From NCBI RefSeq assembly GCF_001194135.2, contig NC_068982.1:66653832-66717831 (forward strand): a DNA stretch of 64,000 nucleotides. Direction: 5' to 3'. The notes under the pieces are model-generated. The model was given only the letters and a program-made list of their open reading frames with translations, did not search any database and was not told where the DNA came from. The DNA is from Octopus bimaculoides. Lineage: Eukaryota. Positions 38,943 through 51,630 of this stretch are shown piece after piece; position 1 is the first letter of the stretch, and the number at the start of each line of letters is the position of its first letter. Position numbers and translations under genes: made by a program.

Positions 38943-40129
38943 AACCTCTGTCAGCTGGTGATCAGTTGCAATTCAGACACGGCTGAACAGATCAGTGATC
39001 AACGGTGTTCAAGGTGTAACTAACGTCTTTTATAGGAGTATGTCAAACTAAACTATTCAGTGTCATTCAAGGGAGATTTGACTACTATTTTTAGCAGGTA
39101 AGATGACCACATATATATAACCCATCTAAGAAATTCTTATCTTTGACATCCTAGATCTTTATAAATAAGTATTGTTTACAGGATCTGTATAAAGATTTCG
39201 ACTGGTCGGTTTTGAATCATAGATGGAAGATAATCTCGTATCAATTTGTATTTTGGGTACAATTTTAATTGAACTAGCATTCTTATTTTATCCTTCACTT
39301 AATGTATTTTGCAGATGGTATCCCTGGGAAAATTTCCTATATCGTTACAGTAATTAAAGATTGTCTGTTCATAGAAGTTAATGTTTGTGTCTTGAAGATA
39401 TGTCTGGATTGCAAATCACTTTCGTAAAATTTGAAATAGTTTTTGTTCATAATTTCAATCAGATTGTATTTCTTTGAAATTTAATTAATCGTATTGTTAA
39501 ATCTAATTACTCGTATAATATTTCTTTGTTAAATCTAATTCGTCTTGATTTTGTTTAGCCCCAGGTTGGCTCTTATTGAGCATATCGAAAATCAACGGTA
39601 TATTCCACCCGCGGCAACTCTAGTTCGTTTTCCAGGCATCATATAACTAGAACTACATTGGCCAATGTGTGTGTATGTCTCCTTTGAAAACTGTAATTTA
39701 AGGGCGATTTGGCTGGTATTTCTTGCAGGTCGAGCGATCATGTTGACGCTTTCTTGCTGGCTTGTGATATAATCATGTATCTTTTATTAAAAAAATTTCT
39801 TTGTCATTAGACTGCGGCCATGCTGGGGCACCACCTTAAAGAGGTGGGTTTTTATTTTTTAAAACCTGGTACTTATTCTATCTGTTTATTTTGCCGAAAC
39901 GGTAATTTACAAGGACGTTAACAAACCAACACTGGTTGTCAAGCGTTGGTGGTGGACAAACACACGCACACTCTCTCATTTAAGAATATGAGGGGGTTTA
40001 GTTTACTGGTGATCCAATCGAATAGGTAGGCTGTGTAAGTACTTCAATTGGTCATCCGTTAGATTCCAAGTTCACAGCTGAGGCTGGAGCTAGGTTAGCA
40101 GGTATATATTGGAGGAAAAGGACAACAAA

Positions 40130-40273
40130 AACCAAGGCAGGACGAGTATCTCAAGTCATTCAGAATATTTAATTAGAGTAAGGTGAATTTGAGGTAATTA
40201 ATTAACTACCTCAAATTCACCTTACTCTAATTAAACATTCTAAATGACATGAGATACTCGTCTTGCCTTGGTT
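40130..40273. repeat. Long near-perfect palindrome (67-bp arms, 10-nt loop)
   Basis: 40130-40196 is the reverse complement of 40207-40273 with 4 mismatches. Looser symmetry extends ~15-25 bp further on each side. Confidence 0.92.
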
Positions 40274-42089
40274 TCTGATGTCCTTTTTCATATAATATAT
40301 TTAATATATACATAATGACGGACTTATTTGGGTTTCCGTTCACCAAATCCACTCGGATTTGGTGGACGGCTTTGTTCAGCCCGAAGCTATAGTAGCAGAC
40401 ACTTGCCCAAGTCACACAGTGGTACTGAACCCTGAACCATGTGGTTGGGGAGCAAACTTCTTAGCACACAGCCACACCGTTAATGGTTGTCAGCAATAAC
40501 TTAGATAATCATATGAAAGTATTAGTTCAAACATTTGGCGTTCTGAGTTCAAATCCCGCCGAGATCAACTTTGCCTTTCATCTTCTCGGGACCGATAAAA
40601 AATAGTGCCAATTCAGGGCGATGGATTGGCAAAACTCTGTCGGACCGTAGACCGTGGGGCATTTCTATTAGCTCTTTATATTCTAAGTTCAAATCTCGCT
40701 ATGGCTCACTTGGGTGATAGACTTAATCCATTACCTGGTTCCAAACCACCATCTAAAAGAACCCTTTGGTTACTTTCAACAGAGTTCACTCTATTGCAAG
40801 CATTCGGGCTTCCATCTTTTCCCCGAGCCTCAGAAGTCCTTTGAAGTGAATCATGTACGTTGGATAAAAAGTATATATAAAAAAAAAATATTGTATGGCT
40901 ATGTGTTAAGGTTTGCTTTCCAACCACATGGTCGTGGGTTCAGTTCCTTATCGTGGCACCTTGGGCAAATGTCTCTATATCTCGCACCGACCAACTCCTT
41001 ATGAGTGAATTTAGTTGATGGAAACTAAAAGAAACCCATTGTGTGTTTCTGTCTGTCTCCTTGCCCCTACACAACTTGACAACGGTGCTGATTTCTTTAC
41101 GCTCTCCGTAACTTAGTGGTTCGGCAAAACAGATCGAGAGAATAAGTACCCCTCACAGAAAAAAAAAGAAACAAAAAACCTACTAAGATTGATTTGTTCG
41201 ACTAAAATCCTTCAAAGTAGTGCTCCAGCATAGCCACAGTCTAATAACTGAAACCAGTAAAAGGTAGAACATTGAAATAAATCGAATATTCTGCTTTGTT
41301 GCCAACATGTTCTCATCCTATTACACGTTTTAAATCCATCAAATATTGATCTTTCACGTTGACAGAAGTGTATCAATATTGAAAAGGAAGAGGTGTGGTC
41401 AACTAAATTGACACAATTAGCAGTATTTATTTTATCGATCTCTGAAGAGCACGCAACTACTACTTGTCATTTCATTGCGACAGCGGAATCGGAAGACTGT
41501 CGAACAAAATAATTTGCAGTGTATTTAGTTACGACTCTTTTAATACGTTCCGAGTTCAAATCTTGCTGAGATCATCTTTACTTTCAGCGATTGATAAAGT
41601 AGTGCTGAATACTGAGGAAGGATATAATTGATTACACTGTCTAACAAAATTTTCATTTATTGTCGCTGGTCAGTAAGTGTTATATCCTATTTGCTTCTAT
41701 CTAGAAATCAAAGGAATTGAGTACTATTCTCTTGAAACTTTGCTTTTGTGACCTAGATATCAATGTTTTGAAACTGACCTATTTTCCATTACATTTCAGA
41801 CATTCAGCGCTAAGTTGCTGAAGCAGAAATATCTTTATAACAAACATTCTACTCAATACCACAGATTTGCTTGTCAGTTGCTTGACCTTAACCACTTCAG
41901 CATGTCTCTTAGTGGCTGACGATATGAGCAGGAGTAGTGGGGGGAGCATCATAGTTATGTATTGAGAGGGATTCTTTGAGGTTTTAATAAATGTAACAAA
42001 AGCAAAGTTTGAAGAAAATGTTAATCATTCTTCATACTTTCTAGGGGTAAGCAGATAGGAAATAGTTTGCTACCTGAGAACAAAAATCT

Positions 42090-42345
42090 GTCTCAAGTAT
42101 TAGGGCTCATAGAACCGGGTTACTCGGTTTCCACGGCGTGTAAGTGACCGCGATAACATTTCTCTCCAACGGGGGGACGCCTGTTCATCGCAGGGCCACT
42201 CATTTACAGCTGAATGAACTAGGGCAACATGAAATGAAGTGTTTTGCTCAAGAACACATCACATAACACCGCCTGGGCCTGGAATCGAAACCACGATCTT
42301 ACGATCGTGAGTCCAATACACTGACAACTAGATCACGCGCTTTCG
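42090..42345 (-). mobile_element. tRNA-derived SINE with a CORE-like central block; related copy at ~42640-42860(-)
   Basis: Minus-strand head with A/B-box-like ggtttcgattcc, followed by gtgttcttgagcaaaacact. Confidence 0.6.
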
Positions 42346-45300
42346 CCAATTGGTTATTGCCTCCCACTAAATTCACGACCTGGTTTCTATGTAAATTAGT
42401 GAACACTTTGATAATATAATACAAATTATGTATATTTTATGCCAGCTAATAACTATTGGATGTGTGATAATTGCAGTCTCTGCAGATGAATACAAATAAT
42501 TCTTGTGTTGCACCTGTTTGACAAGTGGTTTCATTTGGTATCGTGGACAATTGCATCACAGTAGAATTATTGTGGCCATTGTGCCTTTCATTGCTTTATC
42601 ATCATTTTATAGGAATAATAATAATAATGGACTCTCCCGTCGAAGACTACGTATGAGCGTTCGGCTTTTGCCGACCTGCACGATAAAATGTTCGACATTG
42701 TCTGAACAGGTTCCACGCGTCAGGTGTCGAAGTGATCTCAGAGTAACGTGAGACGAAGTGCTTTGCTCAAGAACACAACACACCACCCGGTCTAGGAATT
42801 GAAATTACGATCGCTAGATCGTGAGTGCAACACCCTAACCACTAGGCCAAGCACCCTCCAATAATGATCCTTTCTACTGGAGAGACAATTTGGGGGAAGA
42901 GATTAAGTCGATAACATCGATCCCCAGTGCGTAACAGGTACTTATTTAATCGACCCCGAAAAGATAAAATGCAAAGTCGACTCCGGTGGGATATGAACTC
43001 GGAACATAGCGGCAGATATTGGTTCAAGGTGAGCAGTTATAGGGTGAGGAGTTAGTCAATTACATCGATCCCAGTTTTTGACTGGTATATTATCAACCCT
43101 AAAAGGGTGGAAAACAAAGTTGGCCTCAATGGTATTTGAACTTCGAAAGTAAACAACCAAAAGAAATTCTGCGAAACCTTTTGTCCGACACCCTAATGAT
43201 TTTGCTACCTCGCCACCTTAATAAGAATTGTTTATAAAATTTGGCATAAGGCCAGCAATTTTTTAGGAAAAGGGAACCAGCTGATTACATCGTTCCTTCC
43301 CTCCAATATTTGATTGATACTTTATTTTATCGGCTCCGGAAGGATGAAAGACAAAATCGACACCGGCAGCATTTGAACTGAGAACGAAGAAATGCCGCTA
43401 TGCATCTTGTCTGAGGCGCTAACGATTCTGCCAGCTCGGACTCAAGATTATTGATTAGATGTCTTGACTCAGACTTCTTGCTGTGTTCTTCATTCTAAGT
43501 GACCTAATCATGTTCCATTGAATTTATCACCCCGTGAGTAAGCGGTCGCGCGCACACACACATTAAATTATGGAGACAAGAGAGAAAAGGTTTGTAGCAT
43601 TGCTTCAAGATTCTTTTAAACAACCATCTCTGTACGTTCACAGTTGTCTTAGGTTTAAAATCAAATAACAGCGATTCTGTTAAAGGGCCGAAAAATCCAG
43701 TGACTACAGAAGTAAATGTATGAATAATGTTAGATTACTTTAAATATTTATAACTATCAACAACTTCGTTTACATCAACTAGGAAGCTTATACGTGGTAG
43801 GTGAACCTGCTGGAAAGAGCAACGGAAATCTGCCTCACCACATGCTACCATTTTTGCGTTTGATCAAAGCTTCCATTTGAACAAGATGACAGGGTTTAAA
43901 TTATACTTGAAGCTGTTGTTGTCTAAATGTAATTTAGAACTCTGATCAGTGCCGTTCCAACTGTGACTCTCCTGTCTTCTTTAACACATAGTATATCGAG
44001 GATTTCATTTATCAGACTTGTCCCGCCCTAGCGGATTGGCGGAATCGCTTGTGTGTCGAACAAAATACCCTGCGGTATTACCAACTTACTGAGTTCAAAT
44101 CCTGCCGAGGTCAACTTTGCATTTCATCCTTTCGGGGTCGATAAATTAAAGAAATTTAAGTAGACTGGGGTTGATGTTATTACCGCCTTATCCCTTCCTC
44201 TCACAACTACTGGTTTTGTACCTTAATCAAAAACCGTTGTGCTGCTATTTTTAGCAGGTCGAGTGGCCCAATTAGAGACTTCTTCGTTGGTTTATAAATC
44301 TGTTGTTCAATTGTATTGTTTTCAGCTGCAAATTTCTATCGCCAATTGAATGGGATATCAGACAATGGTTATCATTATAATTATAACAATAAGCTCGGTG
44401 AAAAAATATTGCTATTTCAGTTTTAACATCTGCTATATTTGTCTTGTACGGTAGTGGATAAGTTGTTATTTACTAAATATATAAAAAAAAAGTGTTAGCT
44501 TTAATTATATTTTCAGTGAGTTTATGTATTTTTAGCGCGGTGAATTTAATAACTCTTTGAAAAAGTGGTTTCTAAGCGAGGCATAAGGCCGTAAGGTAGA
44601 CAGTAAGCAGGACAAAGTAAAAAGTTAAATAAAAATACGAAATGAAAAACATGACCTATCAATTTACAAGCAGTGTTCTTACCTCTGACAAACGATAACA
44701 ATCAAGTTAAAAAGAAATAAAAATGAAATTGTTTGAACCTTTCAAATCTTTTTCACCACATTTCCGACATACTTGGCGTTTGAAAGTCGATCGATGATTA
44801 TTATTAATATAGACAACGCTTGTTGCATTTTACTGCTATACAATAACAATTGCTTCGTTTTCAAATATTTCTTTCCTGCCTATGATGATTTTATTGGCTG
44901 CTAACTGGAACGAGTTGTAAATTGTAAATTAGATATGGTCATACGGTATGTTAAGATTGACTGTAAAACACTTAGGCTGGGCTTACATTCACTGATCGAG
45001 AGGAATTTATAAGAAACATGGATTAATTTAACAGGTAATTTATCTTTCCTTGTAAATTCAATACCTAAACTCTTTCACGTTGTAACTGATATTTTGTTAA
45101 TCGTTTCAGATATGATGATAATTTCTTTTGTCGTTTCTTTATTGTTTAAGCCATTTAAGCAACAAAAGCTGGAGAAAAAAAAATATTAATATAGGCGTAG
45201 GCATGGCTATGTGGTTCCACGTGGTTTCGGGTTCAGTTCCACTGTGGTACCTTGGACAAATGTCTTCTCTCAGACGACACTCGTGCTTTTCTCGGATTGC

Positions 45301-45418
45301 CCTTTCTCTTCTCTCAGGATCTTTTGCTCTTTCTGATGAGGAGCTATGCTCGAAATGTCATACACCCTCTTTTTATCAACTTAAACTTTTTTTGAGCATC
45401 ACTCTAATATATTCACTG

Positions 45419-45954
45419 GGATCTTTTTTAAAACGGGGGCCACATTTTTCATAATGTTTTACGTAGTGTTTTTGGTACCGAAAGACTTTCAAACTTCGTG
45501 TACTTATCTATTTTGTGTTATAGAACAGAAAAATATTTTTGTATTCGAATTTATTTCATGTAAAAAATTGTCTTATTTCGATAATTTCAACCAATCACTG
45601 ACGTCCATTCAGTCGATATACATTAAGTGCCGACTACATAAACAAACGATTCTTCGTTTTATTTGCTTTTTTCATTTTAAATTTGCTTTAACCCTAGGGT
45701 TAGGGTTAGGATTAATTGTTTCAGAATCGTTTGTTTATGTAGTCGGCACTTAATGTATATCGGCTGAATGGACGTCAGTGATTGGTTGAAATTACAGAAA
45801 TACGACAACTTTAACATGGAATAATTTATGGATTTCTTTTTTTTTTAAAGAAGACTAAGAGAAAAAGATGTTTTATATGACACATTCTACCAGTGTTCCA
45901 AGTTTCAAAGTGTTTCGTTAATGAAAAATGTGGCCCCCGTTTTAAAAAAGATCC
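45419..45954. mobile_element. Merlin-like MITE copy 3 (most complete)
   Basis: 34-bp perfect TIR GGATCTTTTTTAAAACGGGGGCCACATTTTTCAT. 8-bp TSD ATTCACTG. Inner 70-bp inverted repeat (45583-45652 / 45724-45793) around taaccctagggttagggttagg. Confidence 0.9.
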
Positions 45955-46013
45955 ATTCACTGTGTACATCCTTTTTGACTTTTGTTGCTTTTCCTGTTTT
46001 TATTTTTGATTTG

Positions 46014-46052
<39 letters not shown>

Positions 46053-48800
46053 GCTTGAAACCGGTGTTGGCTTGTTTGTGTCTCTGTAATATAGCGGTTC
46101 ATCAAGAGACCATTACAATAAGTGCCATACTTCAAAATAAGTACTGGAATCACGCAATGCCTCTGCATGGCCGTAGTCCAGTGACTGAAACAAGTAAAAC
46201 ATTTTAAACTATCTTATTGGCAAAGTGTTTACTAAACTGATAACAAAAATTGTTAATTTTTGAGGGGATGGGACAGGTCGATTACATTGGCGCCAGTACT
46301 TTACTGGTACATAACTTTATCAACTCTAAACGGATGAAAGGCAAAATTGACTTCGGCGGGATTTGAATTCAGAACGTAAAGAGCTGGAAGAAATGCCGCT
46401 AAGCATTTTGTCTGACTTGCTAACAATTCTGACAGTCGCCTTACTATTCATGTACTTTCATTGAATTTGACATTTTTTTCTCTAGTATTAAATAGAAAGC
46501 CTTGCTCTTCTCTAAACTATGTAGCTCCAACGAAGTTTCTTGTAGTTAGCATCTATGATAAAACTTCAGAAGACATTTTGTTTTCAGAGAAAAAGATCAA
46601 CCTATAGAGCGCTGGGATTTGCACTTACATAGCATGAACTACTGAGCACATTTTATGAAAATGAGACAACCACGCGCACATGAAAAATAAAAAAATAGTT
46701 AAAATATCTTAGTATATAATGGTGGCAAGTTTTACATCATTTGAAAGTCATGAGTTGAACTATTAACCTTCTGTGGGGTATCGGAGTGTTTGGGTGACGT
46801 TAGACCCCAATAAACGCCCATAAATTAAATGCATCTATCTGAGCCACGACCGTGGCCTGTCGACCTGTACCTGGTGACCACGATCGTGGCCCGTCGCGTT
46901 TTATGTGTTAACTATTTTACGAAAATAAGTCGACAGGTTAACTTTGTACAACAACAACATGATTTTGAAATATAGCGTACCAAGAGCAAAAGTATCTAAT
47001 TTTGATGCTTAATTCTGTTAAAACCCGATATGTTTGAGAATATCTTAGTATTTGAAAACATAATACATAAACAGAAAATAATTTTGTTTATTAATTTTAC
47101 AATAATTGTTGATGGAATCGCACAAAATATTATGCACTAGATTGTCCCTTCCTAAAATAAAGTCTGTTTACTAAGAATAATCTTAAAGTGCCACATAAAA
47201 CGCCCTAGTTTATAAGAATCTCCTACCCAGTACCCACACTTTGCACAGTATCTGAGCAAACTTTTCAGAACCGATAAATCTGAATGTTAGATTTATCAGA
47301 TTTTAAGGCTGTAAAAGTTAAATTTACAGTATCAAATTACTGCAATATCATAGTACTGTATCTGAAACTATTTCATAGTAACCTAGTTATATGTCCTTGC
47401 ATATGTGGATGTATGTATGAAGATATTGCACTTCGTTCTAGTGATTCTGCTACCTGTTCTGCTTGATATTGATTTCTAACAGGCACAATACCATAAATTC
47501 TGCGTATGGATGTTAATCTATTTAAACTGATCTAGTACTTGACTGGGATGTTGAAAGCAAAGTTGATTCCTGCAAGGAATAGAAAGGAACATAACTTAGT
47601 AATTACACAACTGAACTCTGTTGCTTTTCCGAATCTGCCACTCGCCGTTCTTTCATTTCTAACATTAACTCAAGGCAACAAATTAAAAAGATGTGTACAA
47701 CCATGTCCGTCGCTTAGAGGGTACACTGGCGGCACTGATCCCTCACTATTCAATGGTGCATCCTCAGATTCACGGTGATACACTTATTTCGAAACTCCAC
47801 TTTAACATCATTACGAATTAGTGCCCACCCAGAATATTCTGAAGCACCACCAGGCTCCAGTGTTTGGCGACAGGCCTGTGTATGATTGAGGATATCGAAT
47901 CCAGTCTTTGGCTAGTACTTCATATTCTGGAGCGCTGAAGAAAGAAAGAAAAAAAAAGATCAAAGGGACTTTTTGTCCGATACCCAAGCAGTTCTATCTA
48001 CCGCTCTAACAATTACGGGAATTGTCGATAGATCAATCTCAGTACAGTACATGACTGGTACTTAATTTAATCAATTTCAGTAGGATTAAAAGATTTGACC
48101 AAGGGGGTATTCGAATACTAATAATTGTTTCTAGTACAGGTGCAAGGCCGGAATTATTGGATAGGGGATTAATCGACTCCATTGAACCCAGTACCTGTTT
48201 AGTATATTATTTTATCAACCCCGAAAGGCTGAAAGGCAAAGATGACCCAGCAGCATTTGGACTCAGCGCAAATAACTAGAACAAATATAGCACTGCAGTT
48301 TCTTTTTTCTCGATACTTAACGATTCTGCCAAACTACCGCCCTACATTCGAATATTAATAAACATATTTGTGAAATATAAACTCTATTGTAAGTCTCCCG
48401 ATATATCCACTACTAATAATAGATATATTTCTGAATCAAAATCTCCGTTGTAGTATCCTAATATATCCAACGTACCACCCTCTATTCGAATACTATTTAT
48501 AAACTTATTTTAGTAATGGCAGTTAGATGTTAAAGCCATTCATCAATCAGCCAAATTATTGGGTTTTTCACGATATTAAAAGGAGAGAAAATATCGATTT
48601 CCTTTTCGTAAACTTTGTAAAGGATGTGTTTAAAGCCTCAACATATCCTCTTCGGTTTAGGAATATTTCCGGTCGCAGCTGTAAAGAGATTGAAGTATTG
48701 TGGAATTTTACAGCCTTAAATCCGGTAAATCTACATTTTGGTGAAAAGTTGAACTGGTGCAAGTATGGCTGTTCAAGAAGCTCACTTAACAAACGCCTGA

Positions 48801-49183
48801 GGATCTTTTTTAAAACGGGGGCCACATTTTTCATTAACGAAACACTTTGAAACTTGGAACACTGGTAGAATGTGTCATATAAAACATCTTTTTCTCTTAG
48901 TCTTCTTAAAAAAAAAAAGAAATCCATAAATTATTCCATGTTAAAGTTGTCGTATTTCTGTAATTTCAACCAATCACTGACGTCCATTCAGCCGATATAC
49001 ATTAAGTGCCGACTACATAAACAAACGATTCTGAAACAATTAACCCTAACCCTAGGGTTAGGCTTANNNNNNNNNNTCTATAACACAAAATAGATAAGTA
49101 TACGAAGTTTGAAAGTCTTTCCGTACCAAAAACACTACGTAAAACATTAATGAAAAATGTGGCCCCCGTTTTAAAAAAGATCC
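48801..49183. mobile_element. Merlin-like MITE copy 4, opposite orientation to copy 3, shortened at an N gap
   Basis: Same TIR as copy 3. Perfect 8-bp TSD ACGCCTGA (48793-48800 and 49184-49191). Confidence 0.88.
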
Positions 49184-50094
49184 ACGCCTGATTCTGGGTT
49201 CGATTCTACAACACGTCTTTTATCTTAGCTTACTGCCGACCAGTTATCTTGGAGTGAAATTTGATAGATTTTAATTGAAGTCCGTCGTGTGTGTGTGGGG
49301 GGGGGACGCATGCATTTTCTTTCTCGCCAATGGAAAAAAGATCTAGTTTTAAGCCCAGAAACAAGGCTCTTTTTATTAGGTAACTGTTGCATGTAAACGC
49401 GTATACATGCATCCATATGTTTACATGCACAGTTGAGTGTAGGCGTGGATGTCGAATGTATGTGTATGTGTGTATGAATGAATCAATGAAAGTTCGTGGT
49501 TTCATTCGCATAAAAATACCCACGAAGTTCAACTGAAATTATTTATCTCCCTTTACGCCAAAGTTTACCTTGGCATTTCATATTTTACTAGAACGATGAA
49601 TTAAGTACCAGTTAAAGTACTGGAGATCGCTATGACGATTGACTATAATTCCTTGAAGAATGTGTGAACGCAGTCTAATGATTGAAGCCAGTAGAAATAA
49701 AAATACGCGTTTACTTGCTCTAATACTGTTCGTCCTGATCTTGCTTTATGAAGATTTATAAAATAAAATCTTTTGTGTCCTAATATAATTAACAAAATAA
49801 TAACTGCTAAAATGTTCAATAACAGCTCTCATATCATATCAAAATTAATTTAACAATGAGCTTATTGGTCTCAAAAGTTGACTTCTTGGAATAAATTCAG
49901 TTTTCAAAACTTGCGAAATTTTAATTTCGCTTAATTATTTATTCAATTTGTTGGAGCATTTTGTAATGAAATAAAGCTAATTAATATTATTGTTACACTA
50001 AATATATTAATATTAACTTGTTGTTTATGCAAATCGGGCTTATAAAAGAGCGGGTGAGGGTTTAGAACCAGCAAATTAACATCTTGTCCAAGGA

Positions 50095-51349
50095 ACTAAG
50101 GGGCGGTTCATGAATATCTGACAGGTCCCTCCATTAAAAGCCCTTGTTTAAGACGCCTAGGTATTCCATTCATTTCCCAGCTCAACGAGGCAAGCTCCAT
50201 TCTATGCTCGGGTCAAGGCAAAGAATGCATCCCCCCAATATCAGAAGCGGGGCCCGACAGCATATGCTGGTTTACCCCCACCGCATCATACTGGTTCCGT
50301 ATCCTTTTGAGCAACATCAAATTCACTCATCCGTCCACAAACACTCTCCAAGTTTCCCTGTCTCTTACCTCTCTCATTCCAACACCTCTAGCCACCAAAG
50401 CTTTCCTCATCCCTTCCATCCATCCACACAAACCGAGGTCTGCCTCAGGTTCTGCTGCCTACCATTTCTGCCTTCATCACACTCCTTACCATCCGCTCCT
50501 CATCCATCCTCTCTTTGTGGCCAAACCACTTCAACATTTGTCTATCCATTTTGGTTGTTAGTTTTTCTCTCATTCCTGCTCGCCTTCGCACCTCCTCATC
50601 CTATCCACCCGTGTCACACCAACCATAGCCCTCAGACATCTCCAACATCTAGTCGCCTCCTTTCCGCCTCTCCTATTCCCCACATCTCTGCACTCTATAA
50701 CATTGTTGGCACAATCATGCCCTCATACACACCTCTTTTCGTTTTCATACTCAACATTTTATCTCTCAGCATACCTTTCACAACTCCAGGTATCTTACTC
50801 TCCTCCCTCACTCTGTATCCCCCTTTCCTCAGCTAACCTCCCATCCGCTGTCACATGTGATCCCAGATACTTAAAAACACTCATCTCCTGTAACATCTCA
50901 CATCCATCCAACCAGCCATTCCATGTCTCGAACATCTCACCACCTTACTCTCAACTACATTCACTTTCAGTTTCCTCCTCTCACACACTCTTCCAAACTC
51001 TACCACCAGTCTCCTCAGTTGCTCTTCCGAATCCGCCACCAGTGCTGTATCATCAGCAAACAAGAACGGACTCACCTGCCATTTTTTTCCATTTTCTCCT
51101 ACCATTTGGGCTCCCCGACCAAAAGTTGTAGCATTCACCTCTCTCACCACACCATCCATATATAAATTAAACAGCCACGGATATTTCACACAACCCTGTC
51201 TTAACCCCACCTTCACATCAAACCACTCACTCATTTCACCACCCACCCTAACGCACGCCCTACCTTCTCTATAAAAACTCAGAATAGCTCTCAGTAATCT
51301 ACCATCTACTCCACACAACCGCAACACCTGCCACATTGCATCCCTGTCC
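50095..51349 (-). mobile_element. 5'-truncated RTE-clade LINE (RT domain to 3' end), degenerate
   Basis: DRDAMWQVLRL..GLRQGCVKYPWLFNLYMDGVVRE..LFADDTALVADSEEQL..CERRKLKVNV. Continues with FKYLGS and IVPTMLYSAEMW in another frame, with stops. The 3' boundary is approximate. Confidence 0.9.
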
Positions 51350-51630
51350 TATAGTTCTGGGTATGACTATAAACTACATCCGGTAGTGGGACCCTAGGGC
51401 CCTGGTTTCAGGGTTTGAGGAGTGTGGAACCACTTCTTAGCCACTATTGTTCCCAGGTCTACTCTGCCCCTGAGTGGTAGCACCTGTAAGGGTCTCAGCT
51501 ATGGGTTAACTAGTAACCCCGCCCCCTGCGACTGGTGGGGGGGATCGGTAGAATGAAATCGTTATATTCCCTGCGTAGTGTAAGAGGCGACTAAAAGGGG
51601 CGGGTGCGAAGGGACTGGGAATCCACTCCT
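51350..51630 (+). repeat. GC-rich repeat-derived segment: SINE-body-like part plus RTE 5'-end-like motif
   Basis: cccaggtctactctgcccctgagtggtagcacctgtaagggtc, then tattccctgcgtagtgtaagaggcgactaaaagggg. Family assignment is from recalled similarity only. Confidence 0.4.

Noticed and set aside
39290-39420. Good plus-strand acceptor (tattttgcag|ATGG) with short frames such as WYPWENFLYRYSN*
   Set aside because: No partner exons or recognisable homology. A similar case at ~45108 was also dropped.
46765-47830. TTAA-CCTTC start suggesting a piggyBac element
   Set aside because: No matching right terminus or convincing transposase remnant found.
50144-51165. Plus-strand ORFs of 230, 142, 84 and 80 aa
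   Set aside because: Antisense shadows of the minus-strand RTE reverse transcriptase.
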